Below are positions 1 to 8,847 of a stretch of 64,000 nt of DNA, one piece after another (within the stretch, counting starts at the first letter, position 1; each line of letters begins with the position of its first letter). The position numbers and the translations under genes are program-made. The notes below the pieces were generated by a model. That model saw only the letters and a list, made by a program, of their open reading frames with translations, was not told where the DNA came from and searched no databases. This DNA comes from Nitrospinales bacterium (GTDB taxonomy: Bacteria; Nitrospinota; Nitrospinia; Nitrospinales; VA-1), in NCBI GenBank assembly GCA_965223795.1, contig CBDCXL010000002.1:928001-992000 (forward strand), written 5' to 3'.

Positions 1-777
1 CATGAGGATGAGCCCGGCGCCCCAGGCGTTGGCCACGGCTTCGGGATTGAGCGCCTCCTGGGCCAGCACCAGGATGTGGGTCTGCAGGGTGGGCACGGGA
101 TCGGTCCAGGCTTTCGGCAGTTCGATGCCGGAAAACGTGGTGGCGGTGAACATGATGGCGGCGGTTTCCCCGGCGGCGCGGGCCAGGCCGAGCAGGATGC
201 CGGTGACGATGCCGTACACGCTCTGCGGCAGGATGACGGAGCGGATCACCGCCCCGGGCGGCAGCCCTAGCGACAGCGCCGCGTCGCGGTATTTTTCCGG
301 CAGCGATTCGATGGCTTCCTGAATGTTCACCTGCAGGGTCGGCAGGATCATGACGGCGAGGATCAACGACCCGGTGATCCAGGACACGCCCGCATCCAGC
401 AGGACCGCGAACACAAGATAGCCCACCAGTCCGAACAGGATGGTGGGCACGGCGTTGAGGGCGTGCATGCCGTTGCGGAACAGATTTTTGAGCTGCGGCG
501 AGGTGACGCACTCGGTCTGAAACAGCGCCGCGCCCAGGGCAATCGGAAGGCTCACGCCCACCGCCCCCGCCATCAGGATCAACGTGCCCAGAGTCTGGTA
601 GAGCACGCCGCCTTCGACGCCGAAGTTTTTCGACGCGGTGAAGAGAAATTCAAGGTCCCAGGCGGGCAGTCCGCGCACGAGCAGCGTGCCCAGGATCAGT
701 GCGAGCAGGCCCAGCCCCGCCAGCGTCATGAGGGCGAGGACGCCCAGGGCGGTCTTTTCGACGGCGCGCGGGTTCAT
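1..777 (-). CDS. pstA: Phosphate ABC transporter permease PstA (3' end runs off the window)
   Basis: Translated by hand from ATG at 777: MNPRAVEKTALGVL...ALNAVPTILFGLVG...PEKYRDAALSLG...LARAAGETAAIMFT. Has an EAA-type loop; the start overlaps the pstC stop (ATGA). Confidence 0.9.
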   Translation of the reverse strand, partial: MNPRAVEKTALGVLALMTLAGLGLLALILGTLLVRGLPAWDLEFLFTASKNFGVEGGVLYQTLGTLILMAGAVGVSLPIALGAALFQTECVTSPQLKNLFRNGMHALNAVPTILFGLVGYLVFAVLLDAGVSWITGSLILAVMILPTLQVNIQEAIESLPEKYRDAALSLGLPPGAVIRSVILPQSVYGIVTGILLGLARAAGETAAIMFTATTFSGIELPKAWTDPVPTLQTHILVLAQEALNPEAVANAWGAGLILM

Positions 778-1652
778 GTCCGCACCCGCTTGAGACACAG
801 GTTGCCGGCGGCGGTGATCGCGAGCACCAGGCAGAACAGGACCACTCCCAGAGCCATGAGCGCGCTCCAGTGCAGACCGGCGCCCATCGCCTCGGCGGCT
901 TCACGGCCCAGCTTGGAAGGGATGCTTTGCGCCGGGGAAAACACGTCGAACCAGGGATTGGGGATTTTGTCGAGGCCGCCGATGACCAGCATGACCGCCA
1001 CCGTCTCCCCCATGGCGCGGCCCAGCCCGAGAAACACCGCGCCGGCGATGCCGGGCAGCGCGCGCGGCAACACGGCGGCGCACACGGTCTGCCAGCGGGT
1101 GAGGCCGAGGCTGAGCGCGGTGTCGCGGTATGTGCCGGGCACCGCGTGCAGGGCGTCCTCGGAAACGGTGAGGATGGTGGGAAACACCATGACGCCCAGC
1201 AGCAGACCCGCGGTCAGCAGGGTGTGGCCGTCAATCAGGCCGAACGCCTGCTGCACCCATCCTGCCAGCAGGGCGACGCCGATGAGTCCGTAGAGGATGC
1301 CGGGAACGCCGGCGAACAGCTCCATGAGGCCCTTGACGGTGAGCCGGAGCCGCGGAGGCAGAAATTCCGAGGTGAACACCGCGCCCGCCAGCGCCAGCGG
1401 CACCACCCACAGCAGCGCGACGGCGGTGACCATCAGCGATCCGTAGATCATCGGCAGCGCGCCGTAGGCCTCACCGGCCCACCAGTCGCGGCCGGCGAAA
1501 AAACCGAACCCCTCCTGCGCCCAAACGGGCAATGCCTGCACGATGAGGAACACGAACAGAAAAAATACGCAGCCCGCGGCGAGCAGCGCCGCCGCGCCGA
1601 GCGCAACGAAAAGCGGATTTTTGAGCCTGTCCCGCAGCCTGTGCGGATTCAT
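774..1652 (-). CDS. pstC: Phosphate ABC transporter permease PstC
   Basis: YGALPMIYGSL, ELFAGVPGILYG, GLGRAMGETVAVMLVIG motifs; lies between pstS and pstA. Confidence 0.92.
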   Translation of the reverse strand: MNPHRLRDRLKNPLFVALGAAALLAAGCVFFLFVFLIVQALPVWAQEGFGFFAGRDWWAGEAYGALPMIYGSLMVTAVALLWVVPLALAGAVFTSEFLPPRLRLTVKGLMELFAGVPGILYGLIGVALLAGWVQQAFGLIDGHTLLTAGLLLGVMVFPTILTVSEDALHAVPGTYRDTALSLGLTRWQTVCAAVLPRALPGIAGAVFLGLGRAMGETVAVMLVIGGLDKIPNPWFDVFSPAQSIPSKLGREAAEAMGAGLHWSALMALGVVLFCLVLAITAAGNLCLKRVRT

Positions 1653-1686
1653 GACCGCAATCTCCGGATGGGATCGCCCGCCCGCA

Positions 1687-2547
1687 TCACGAAGGGGCTG
1701 CGGGCACGTAGCCGCTTTCCTCGACGATCTTCCTTCCCGGCGGGCTGAACAGAAATTCGATGAACTCCTTGACGATCCCGCTGGGTTCTCCGGCGACGAT
1801 GAAGTTCAGGTTGCGCGCCAGCGGAAAGGTGCCGGAGCGGATGTTCTCCAGTGTGGGCTCGATCACCTTGCCCGATTCACGGATACCGATACCGACCACG
1901 TCGCGGTTCATCCAGGCGACCGAAAGCATGCCAATGGCGGCGTCGCTGCCCGCGATCTTGGCCTGCTCCTCGTTGTTGGAGCCGGTCACCAGCCGCGCGC
2001 CGGGCGCCCGCGCGCCGGGATCGCCGAACAGGTACTGCATGAACACGTGCCGGGTGCCGCGATGGCGTTCCTTGTCGACGACGACGATGTCACGATCGGG
2101 GCCGCCGACCTGTTTCCAGTTGGTGATCCTGCCGAGGTAGATATCGCGAATCTGCTGTTTGCTCAGGGAGCGGACTCCGGCTTCGTAGATCTCGGAAGAG
2201 ACCACGCACGCCACCGCATCGCGGCCGATGACGATGGTCTTGAGCCGGTTGCGGTCGAACCGCTTTTTTTCTTTCGGCGTGATTTCCCGCGACGCCATGC
2301 CGATGTCCACGCGGCCGCTGCCGGCGGACTGGATGCCGACGCCGGAACCGCCGCCGTTGACGGTGATCGACACGGCCGCATTTTTTTCCTCTGCAAACCG
2401 CTCGGCGGCGCGCGAGGCGATGGGCAGCACCGAGGTCGATCCGGCGATGCGGATGCGCTCGGCACCGGCGGCCTGGACCTTCGGCGCGACAGGAAATGCC
2501 GCCAGCAACAACGTCAGCAGCAGAAGCGGGATGTTCGCAATTCGCAT
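1687..2547 (-). CDS. pstS: Phosphate ABC transporter substrate-binding protein PstS
   Basis: Signal peptide; IAGSTSVLP, GGGSGVGI, DIGMASR, GRITNWKQVGG, FPLARNL motifs. Confidence 0.92.
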   Translation of the reverse strand: MRIANIPLLLLTLLLAAFPVAPKVQAAGAERIRIAGSTSVLPIASRAAERFAEEKNAAVSITVNGGGSGVGIQSAGSGRVDIGMASREITPKEKKRFDRNRLKTIVIGRDAVACVVSSEIYEAGVRSLSKQQIRDIYLGRITNWKQVGGPDRDIVVVDKERHRGTRHVFMQYLFGDPGARAPGARLVTGSNNEEQAKIAGSDAAIGMLSVAWMNRDVVGIGIRESGKVIEPTLENIRSGTFPLARNLNFIVAGEPSGIVKEFIEFLFSPPGRKIVEESGYVPAAPS

Positions 2548-2586
2548 GCGGATGGCGTCCTCTGTAAACCTGTAAACCGGTGGATA

Positions 2587-2621
2587 ACTATATATATATA
2601 TAAATATTTGAATGCAGTCAA
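2587..2621 (-). promoter_or_regulatory. Putative sigma70 promoter of the pst operon containing a (TA)7 tract
   Basis: Minus strand TTGACT-GCATTCAAATATTTATATATATA-TATAGT; AT-rich patch in GC-rich context. Confidence 0.5.
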
Positions 2622-2753
2622 ACGGACTTGCGCGGAAAGAATCGATTCAAGCGCAAAGGTGCAGTCGCGGAAGCGGCCGAAACCCTACACAAAAAATGTT
2701 CCTGATAATGCGAGAGGGGGAATGCCTGGGGAACCCGCCGGACAGAACGGCGG

Positions 2754-5177
2754 TCAGAACCGTTTTAGGGATTGCAGCTTGAGCAGCGCCAGACGCGCCT
2801 TGAGGGAGCCTTTGTCGGCGGCGCGGGCGAACCAGCGCCGCGCTTCCCGTTCGTCCTTGTCGACGCCGTGGCCGTCGCGGTGCAGGCGGCCGAGGTGATA
2901 GAGCGCGTCCACCCTGCCCTTTTCCGCCGCGAGCCGGAACCATTTGAGCGCTTTCGTAATGTCTTCTGCGACGCCCTGTCCGGTCTCGTGCAGCCTGCCG
3001 AGCGCGAACTGGGCCGCCGGATTTTCCAGTGCGGCGGCTTTGGCAAACCAGCGGGCCGCCGCTTCGGGATCGGCGGATTTCCCTTCCAGGCACAGCCGCC
3101 CCAGGCTCAGGAGCGCCGCTTCGTGGCCGGAATCGGCGGCGCGCTGATACCAGTTCAGGCTCTGGCGGCGGTCCTTCGGCACGCCCGCGCCGGTCTCGTA
3201 GCGGCGGCCGAGGTGAAACTGCGCGCGCGCGTTGCCGGTGCGCGCGGCTTTGCGCAGCCATTCCACCGGCTGATCCGGTTCGGTCAAGCTATCGTCGTTT
3301 TCTTCGGGCTTGCGGTACCAGCGCGCGGCTTCTTCATAATCCTGCGGCACGCCCTTGCCCACGAAATACATCATGCCGAGGTTTTCCCGCGCCGTCGCGT
3401 TGCCCTGCGCGGCGGCGAGTGTGTACCAGCGGACGGCGGCCGCGGCGTCGGCGGGACGGCCTTCGCCGTTTTCGCAGAGATAGCCGAGGTGGTTCTGGGC
3501 GTCGGCGTCGCCCTGCCGGGCGGCGGTCTGGATCCAGCGCAGGGCCTGCTTGAGGTCGCGCTTCACGCCCTCGCCGTGATAGTGGATGTTTCCCAGCGCG
3601 AACTGGGCGTGTGCGTGGCCGCTATCGGCGGACTTGCGGTACCAGTAGACGGCCTGGATCGCGTCCCCGGGCACGCCCTCGCCGTTCTGATACAGGCGTC
3701 CCAGAGCGTGCATCGACTCGACGTGACCGGTGTCGGCGGCTTTCTGGTACACCGCGGCGGCCTGCTCGATATCCCGGGGCACGCCTGTACCGTGCTCGAG
3801 CATGCGCGCCCAGTGGTATTGGCCTTCGGCGTCGTCGCGGCCGGCGGCCCGTTCGAACCAGCGTGCGGCGGCGGCCCGGTCTTCACTGCCTTCGGCCTGC
3901 GCTTCCAAAACCAGCCCCCAGAACACCTGCGCTTCGGGCAGGTTTTCGCGCGCCGCCCGTTCCAGCCAGAGCTGCGCCTTGTTGGCGTCCTCGGCAACGC
4001 CTTCAGCGAAAAAATAAAGCGCGCCGAGCAGGTGCTGGGCGCGGACATGCCCCATCTTCGCGGCCTTCTCGTACCACAGCAGGGCTTCGGCGGCGTCCCT
4101 GGCGACGCCCTGGCCTTTTTCCGAGAGCACGGCGAGCCGGTACTGCGATTCGGTGTGGCCGCTTTCTGCGGCGCGGCGGTACCAGGAGGCGGCTTCTGCG
4201 TATTCGCCGCGCTGGTAAAAGAAATTGCCTTTCTCGAAGAATGAATCGGCGTCGGGCGACAGGCGGTCGTGATTTTTCTCCAGAAACTCCTGCGCCTCGC
4301 GGTGCCCCTGCTCGGCGGCCCTGCACATCCAGTGCAGCGCCTGCCGGGGGTCCGGGTCCACGCCTTCGCCCCGGTGGTACAGCACGCCCAGCCTGAACTG
4401 GGCGAGGTCCAGCCCCGCTTCGGCGGCCTGCTTGTACCAGCGGACGGCGGACTTGAGGTTTTTCTCGACGCCGCGGCCCTGTTCGAAGGCGTCGCCGAGA
4501 TTGTACTGAGCGTCCTCGTTGCCGAGCCTGGCGGATTTGCGGAACCATTCGCGCGCGGTCTTGAGGTTTTGCACGACGCCCTCGCCCTGCTCGTACAGGA
4601 TGCCGAGCATGTTCTGGGCGACGTCGTTGCCGTTCTTCGCCACTTTGCGGAACCATTTCGCCGCTTCCTCCGGCGAGCGTTCGACCCCTTTGCCAAAATA
4701 GTACATGCGTCCCAGGTTGTATTGTGCCGCGCTGTCGCCCTGCTCGGCGGCCTGCTTGTACCAGTGAAAACTCTTGTTCAGGTCCTGCTCAACGCCGATG
4801 CCGTTTTCATACATCACGCCGAGAAAACCCTGACCGTTGGCGGAGCCGCGCTCGGCGGCCTTTTGAAACCACCTGAACGCCTCGGCCTCGTCGCGCGCGA
4901 CCCCCACCCCCTTGAAATACACGAGGCCGAGATTGTACTGGGCCTGCGGCTTGCCCGACTGGGCTTCCTTCAGCCAGCGGGCGGTCTGCTTGACCGGCAG
5001 CGTCTGCGCGGAACCGTTGTCTTTGCGGTACACCAGTTCGGCGGCCGCGGCTTCGCCGCCGCGGGACAGAAAATCCAGCCCGCGCGCGGACAGCGACTGC
5101 GCGTGCACGGGCGTGGACGGCGTGTGGGACAGTTCGGATGATGGGTTTTTGCTCACGGCAGGATCGCGCTCCGTCAT
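2754..5177 (-). CDS. Sel1-like repeat protein (~18-19 repeats, no signal peptide)
   Basis: Repeated ~36-aa AQYNLGxxYxxGxGVxxDxxxAxxWYxKAAxxG units throughout. Confidence 0.93.
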   Translation of the reverse strand: MTERDPAVSKNPSSELSHTPSTPVHAQSLSARGLDFLSRGGEAAAAELVYRKDNGSAQTLPVKQTARWLKEAQSGKPQAQYNLGLVYFKGVGVARDEAEAFRWFQKAAERGSANGQGFLGVMYENGIGVEQDLNKSFHWYKQAAEQGDSAAQYNLGRMYYFGKGVERSPEEAAKWFRKVAKNGNDVAQNMLGILYEQGEGVVQNLKTAREWFRKSARLGNEDAQYNLGDAFEQGRGVEKNLKSAVRWYKQAAEAGLDLAQFRLGVLYHRGEGVDPDPRQALHWMCRAAEQGHREAQEFLEKNHDRLSPDADSFFEKGNFFYQRGEYAEAASWYRRAAESGHTESQYRLAVLSEKGQGVARDAAEALLWYEKAAKMGHVRAQHLLGALYFFAEGVAEDANKAQLWLERAARENLPEAQVFWGLVLEAQAEGSEDRAAAARWFERAAGRDDAEGQYHWARMLEHGTGVPRDIEQAAAVYQKAADTGHVESMHALGRLYQNGEGVPGDAIQAVYWYRKSADSGHAHAQFALGNIHYHGEGVKRDLKQALRWIQTAARQGDADAQNHLGYLCENGEGRPADAAAAVRWYTLAAAQGNATARENLGMMYFVGKGVPQDYEEAARWYRKPEENDDSLTEPDQPVEWLRKAARTGNARAQFHLGRRYETGAGVPKDRRQSLNWYQRAADSGHEAALLSLGRLCLEGKSADPEAAARWFAKAAALENPAAQFALGRLHETGQGVAEDITKALKWFRLAAEKGRVDALYHLGRLHRDGHGVDKDEREARRWFARAADKGSLKARLALLKLQSLKRF

Positions 5178-5959
5178 CCCTCGATTTCATCGGCCAGGTC
5201 GCGGACGCGGGATTTCATCGCGATGATTTTTTCCTCGATGTCGGCCGCCATCTCCGCCAGCAGGTCGCGGTGAGGGTCGTCGAAGCCCTGGATCTTTTTC
5301 ATCAGCTGGTACAGGCTGGAATCGCGCATCGCCATGAGCTCGCGCTGGATGCGGGCGAGGCGCGCGCGGATCTGCTTGATCTGGCGCAGCGTGCGCACGA
5401 GCTGAAGCCCCAGGGTTTCCTGTTTGTCGGCGGGCCGCTCCGCTTCCCAGTCGAGCAGCACGGCGCGGATCATCTCTTCGTCCTGGCGGTCGTAGGCCTG
5501 GTTCAGCCGCGCCATCAGTTCGTGCCGCCGGGCACGGTCCGCATCGTCGGCGGCGAGGTCGGGATGGATTTTCTTGGCGGCCTCGCGGAACAGCTTTTTC
5601 AGTTCCTCGGAAGGGATGAAGTCTTCCTGCTCGTCGTCTTCGAGTTGATGAAACCCCTCGGACTCTTCGGAGGACTGGCGGGCGCGCTCGCGCGCGGCGC
5701 GGGCGCCGGCTCGGAAATCGTCGGAGCGGGGGTAAAACGCGGCGGCCAGCTCTAAAATCCGCGCCTTGACTTCGTCGAGTTCGGTATACTTGACGCCCAC
5801 CACCTGCTGGTAGCGGCGTTCGAACAGGGAAAGCTCTCCCTTGAGCGTGGACAGGGTGAGTTCCTCATTGGCGAGGGTCTGGCGCAGCTCCACCAGCAGG
5901 CTGCGTTTTTCCTGGAGTTCCTCCTGCTCGGGAGTGATGACCTGGGACAACGATGACAT
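5174..5959 (-). CDS. Coiled-coil protein with an internal J domain (DnaJ-like co-chaperone)
   Basis: LKKLFREAAKKIHPDL...LMARLNQAY carries the HPD motif, flanked by coiled coils. ATG at 5959 is preceded by GAGGTG; the stop overlaps the Sel1 start. Confidence 0.8.
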   Translation of the reverse strand: MSSLSQVITPEQEELQEKRSLLVELRQTLANEELTLSTLKGELSLFERRYQQVVGVKYTELDEVKARILELAAAFYPRSDDFRAGARAARERARQSSEESEGFHQLEDDEQEDFIPSEELKKLFREAAKKIHPDLAADDADRARRHELMARLNQAYDRQDEEMIRAVLLDWEAERPADKQETLGLQLVRTLRQIKQIRARLARIQRELMAMRDSSLYQLMKKIQGFDDPHRDLLAEMAADIEEKIIAMKSRVRDLADEIEG

Positions 5960-6023
5960 GAACACCTCGCGGGACAGCGGGCCCTGCCGGGACGGGACCC
6001 GTTAACGCAATAAAAACAATGCT

Positions 6024-6032
6024 ATTATAACA
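6024..6032 (-). promoter_or_regulatory. Extended -10 element (TGtTATAAT) upstream of the J-domain/Sel1 genes
   Basis: Perfect TGnTATAAT about 65 nt upstream of the ATG at 5959. Confidence 0.55.
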
Positions 6033-6102
6033 TTTTGAGCGACACATTGAAATACCCTTACATTCTTATAAAACCCGGGTTTCCGGCCTTTTCGGACATC
6101 GC

Positions 6103-6975
6103 ATGACCGACGTTCCAACCTACATTGCCGCAGATTCGCCGTTCTTGACCACGGACACGCGCCGGGACCGCTGGGCCATCCCGTATCATTTCGAATGCCT
6201 CAACGCGCGCATCGACCGGCTTCTGGGAGATCATCGCAACGCCATCGCGGGCCAACGCATCCTCGATGTCGGATCGCACATCGGCACGTTCGCCTACGCT
6301 GCGCACACGCTGGGCGCGGACTTTGTTGAGGGTATCGATGTGGAGACGAAAACGGTGCGGCGCTGCCGGGATCTTTTCGCGCAGCACGGGGTGCCGGAGA
6401 CGGCCTGCCGGTTTAGCGTGGAGGACGCGGTGGCGTATCTGGAGCGGCTTGAAGAAAACAGCTTCGACACAGTGTTCTGCTTCGGCATGCTCTATTACAG
6501 CGCCGATCCGTATCGCCTGCTTGAGCTGATGGCGCGGGTGTGCCGCAACACGCTGCTGCTCGACACGTTCACCGCTGCTTACGCGGCGGTGCAGGGCAAG
6601 GACGCGCTCACGGTGTATCCCGCGGTCGATGATGAGACGCTGGCGCTGCCGCTTTCCATCGTGACGCTGACGCAGCCGGAAAAGCGCGACTACCGGCTGC
6701 CGCAATCGTTTCCCTATAAGGGCAAGCAGCTATGCCTGCTGACGCTGCCGACGCAGGCGCTGCTGGAAATCTGGTTCCGCTCGCTGGGTATGGAATACAA
6801 GCGCATCGACTGGTCGCGCCACATCCAGGCGCCGAAAAGTTACCGCGATCTCTACACGCCCGAGCAGAAAAAAAGTTCGCACTGGGCGGATGTGTACGCC
6901 AGCGGCATCCGCGTTTCCTACCGGCTTCAACCCAACGTCACGCCGGTGGCGGATCGGACGCTTCCCGATAGGTGA
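6103..6975 (+). CDS. Class I SAM-dependent methyltransferase
   Basis: ILDVGSHIG (motif I), VEGIDVE, FDTVFCFGMLYY. Confidence 0.8.
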   Translation: MTDVPTYIAADSPFLTTDTRRDRWAIPYHFECLNARIDRLLGDHRNAIAGQRILDVGSHIGTFAYAAHTLGADFVEGIDVETKTVRRCRDLFAQHGVPETACRFSVEDAVAYLERLEENSFDTVFCFGMLYYSADPYRLLELMARVCRNTLLLDTFTAAYAAVQGKDALTVYPAVDDETLALPLSIVTLTQPEKRDYRLPQSFPYKGKQLCLLTLPTQALLEIWFRSLGMEYKRIDWSRHIQAPKSYRDLYTPEQKKSSHWADVYASGIRVSYRLQPNVTPVADRTLPDR

Positions 6976-8284
6976 GATCGGCTTCGCGCACGATGCGGTC
7001 GTGCAGGTAGATCACCGCCCAGCGCTTGGTTCCCTCCTTGACCAGAAAAAACGCGACGTCTTTGAACAGAATACCGGGGTGCTTTTTTTTCACCGCCTTG
7101 AACAGGAGGGTGGCGTACTTCATCACCCGCGGCACCTGGTATTTTTTCAGCCAGCCCCAAAGCTCGCTTTCGAGAAACTGATCGGCGGTGCGTTTGACGC
7201 GCATCGCCTGGGCGAGACGGATTTTCAGCAGCCGGCTCAGCACCGGCTTGTCGCGCAGCGCCGCCACGTCCTCGCTGAGGCGCGCGATTCCCAGCAGCAG
7301 GGAATGGAGTTTCACTTCGTAGAGCGGCTCCCGCGATTCAGGATGGTGGTGGGCGGCGATACGGCGCACCAGCTCGCTATAGACGGCCCAGATTTTCGCC
7401 GCGTCCAGGGATTTGGAATCGAACCAGATGGTTTTTCGCGACGCGATGGCGATCTCCTGCACGCCTGCGGGAAGCGGGCCTGCGTCCTGCTGAGCGGGGA
7501 CGGCGTCCAGTTCTTCGAGCAGGGTTTCCGCATCGACGTTGGCTTCTTCGGCGCTCTCGCTGTAAACCCGCACGGCCAGCTCGCCGACGGAAAGATACCA
7601 GCGGATGAGCAGCGCCTTGAACACAACGTGGTGGGCGAGCGTGCCCACGGATTTGAACACCCAGAACGTCACATCGAAAAACCGGAACAGCGCGTAGAAC
7701 CCCTGCAGCCAGAACCACACCCGGTAGCGTTCGGCCAGGCGGCCGGCGCGGCTTTGCATCAACGCCTGTTTTTTCTGCCAGGCGCGGATGCAGAACTGCA
7801 CGTGGCGCAAACGGAACTGCGTCACCCGTCCGATGCCGCGCAGACGGCTCAGGGCAAACGCCCTTTGCTTGAGCTCGTCGCAGGCGTCGAGCAGGCTGCC
7901 GAGCTGGACTTCCGCCAGCGGCGCGGCGGATTCGGGATGGCAGGCGGCGGCGATGGATTCCAGATACGCGCGGCTGTTGCCGCTGATCGCAAGATCGCTT
8001 TCCTTGAGCATCCAGCGGCGTTTCAGTTCCATGCAGTGCGTGTGGACAGCCGCGAGCGCGCGCCCTCGCTGTGGATCCTGTGCGGACCGGCTTTCCGCAT
8101 CGAGCGCCTCAAGGCGCGCCTTGTTCTGCCAGACGATTTTCAACAGGACGGAAAAGGGAGCCAGCAGCCAGGCCGCCGCCAGGAGCAGAGCGCCTGCAAA
8201 AACAGCGAGGACGATGGATTCAGGAGTCACGTGCGTTCTTTCTCCGATCACCCGGTCCGGCGCTCGCACCGCCTTCGCGGACAC
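6938..8284 (-). CDS. Hypothetical membrane protein with an internal domain duplication (start may be GTG 8230)
   Basis: N-terminal TM segment; two copies of IAAxxHPESxxPLxEVxLxSLL; convergent 38-bp overlap with the methyltransferase gene. Confidence 0.7.
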   Translation of the reverse strand: MSAKAVRAPDRVIGERTHVTPESIVLAVFAGALLLAAAWLLAPFSVLLKIVWQNKARLEALDAESRSAQDPQRGRALAAVHTHCMELKRRWMLKESDLAISGNSRAYLESIAAACHPESAAPLAEVQLGSLLDACDELKQRAFALSRLRGIGRVTQFRLRHVQFCIRAWQKKQALMQSRAGRLAERYRVWFWLQGFYALFRFFDVTFWVFKSVGTLAHHVVFKALLIRWYLSVGELAVRVYSESAEEANVDAETLLEELDAVPAQQDAGPLPAGVQEIAIASRKTIWFDSKSLDAAKIWAVYSELVRRIAAHHHPESREPLYEVKLHSLLLGIARLSEDVAALRDKPVLSRLLKIRLAQAMRVKRTADQFLESELWGWLKKYQVPRVMKYATLLFKAVKKKHPGILFKDVAFFLVKEGTKRWAVIYLHDRIVREADLTYREASDPPPA

Positions 8285-8424
8285 TCAGGGAAAAACAAAA
8301 AAATCAGATGGTTAATATGGTTTTGCTGCGGAGACCGTGCTATATTGATCTTGTCTCTTCATTCCAACTTCATTCGAAAAAACGCCTGCGTTGTGGCGCT
8401 TTCGAATTTTACCCGGCTCACTCC

Positions 8425-8847
8425 ATGTCCACTTTCAGCCGATGGCGGACGTTTTTCTTCCTCATCCCGGCTGCATTGATTTTAACCCAATGCACGGAAA
8501 CGAAAAGCGAGGATTTCGTCAAGCAGGGACACACGTTCACGCAGCAGGAAAAGTACGACAAGGCGGTGGAATCGTATCTCAAGGCGATCCAGAAACGTCC
8601 CAACAATCCGGAAGCCTATTACGGCCTGGGCGGGATCTACAACTACAAGGAAATGCACCTCGACGCGGAGCAGGCGTTTCTGGCGGCGGTGCAGCTCGAC
8701 CCGACGCATTTCAACGCGATCTACAGCCTGGCCTTCACCTATGAGAAACTGGGACGCAAGGACGAAGCGGAAAAGTACTTCGAAAAGTACCGGGAACTGA
8801 AGAAAAAATACGACGACATCGTGGAAAAGGACGCGGACAAACAATGA
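8425..8847 (+). CDS. TPR-repeat lipoprotein
   Basis: Likely start ATG 8425; lipobox-like ILTQC; three TPRs (AVESYLKAIQKRP, AYYGLGGIY, AIYSLAFTYEKLG). Confidence 0.82.
   Translation: MSTFSRWRTFFFLIPAALILTQCTETKSEDFVKQGHTFTQQEKYDKAVESYLKAIQKRPNNPEAYYGLGGIYNYKEMHLDAEQAFLAAVQLDPTHFNAIYSLAFTYEKLGRKDEAEKYFEKYRELKKKYDDIVEKDADKQ

Noticed and set aside
2754..5177. Periodic DNA similarity resembling a repeat array
   Set aside because: It reflects coding Sel1 repeats, not CRISPR or non-coding repeats.
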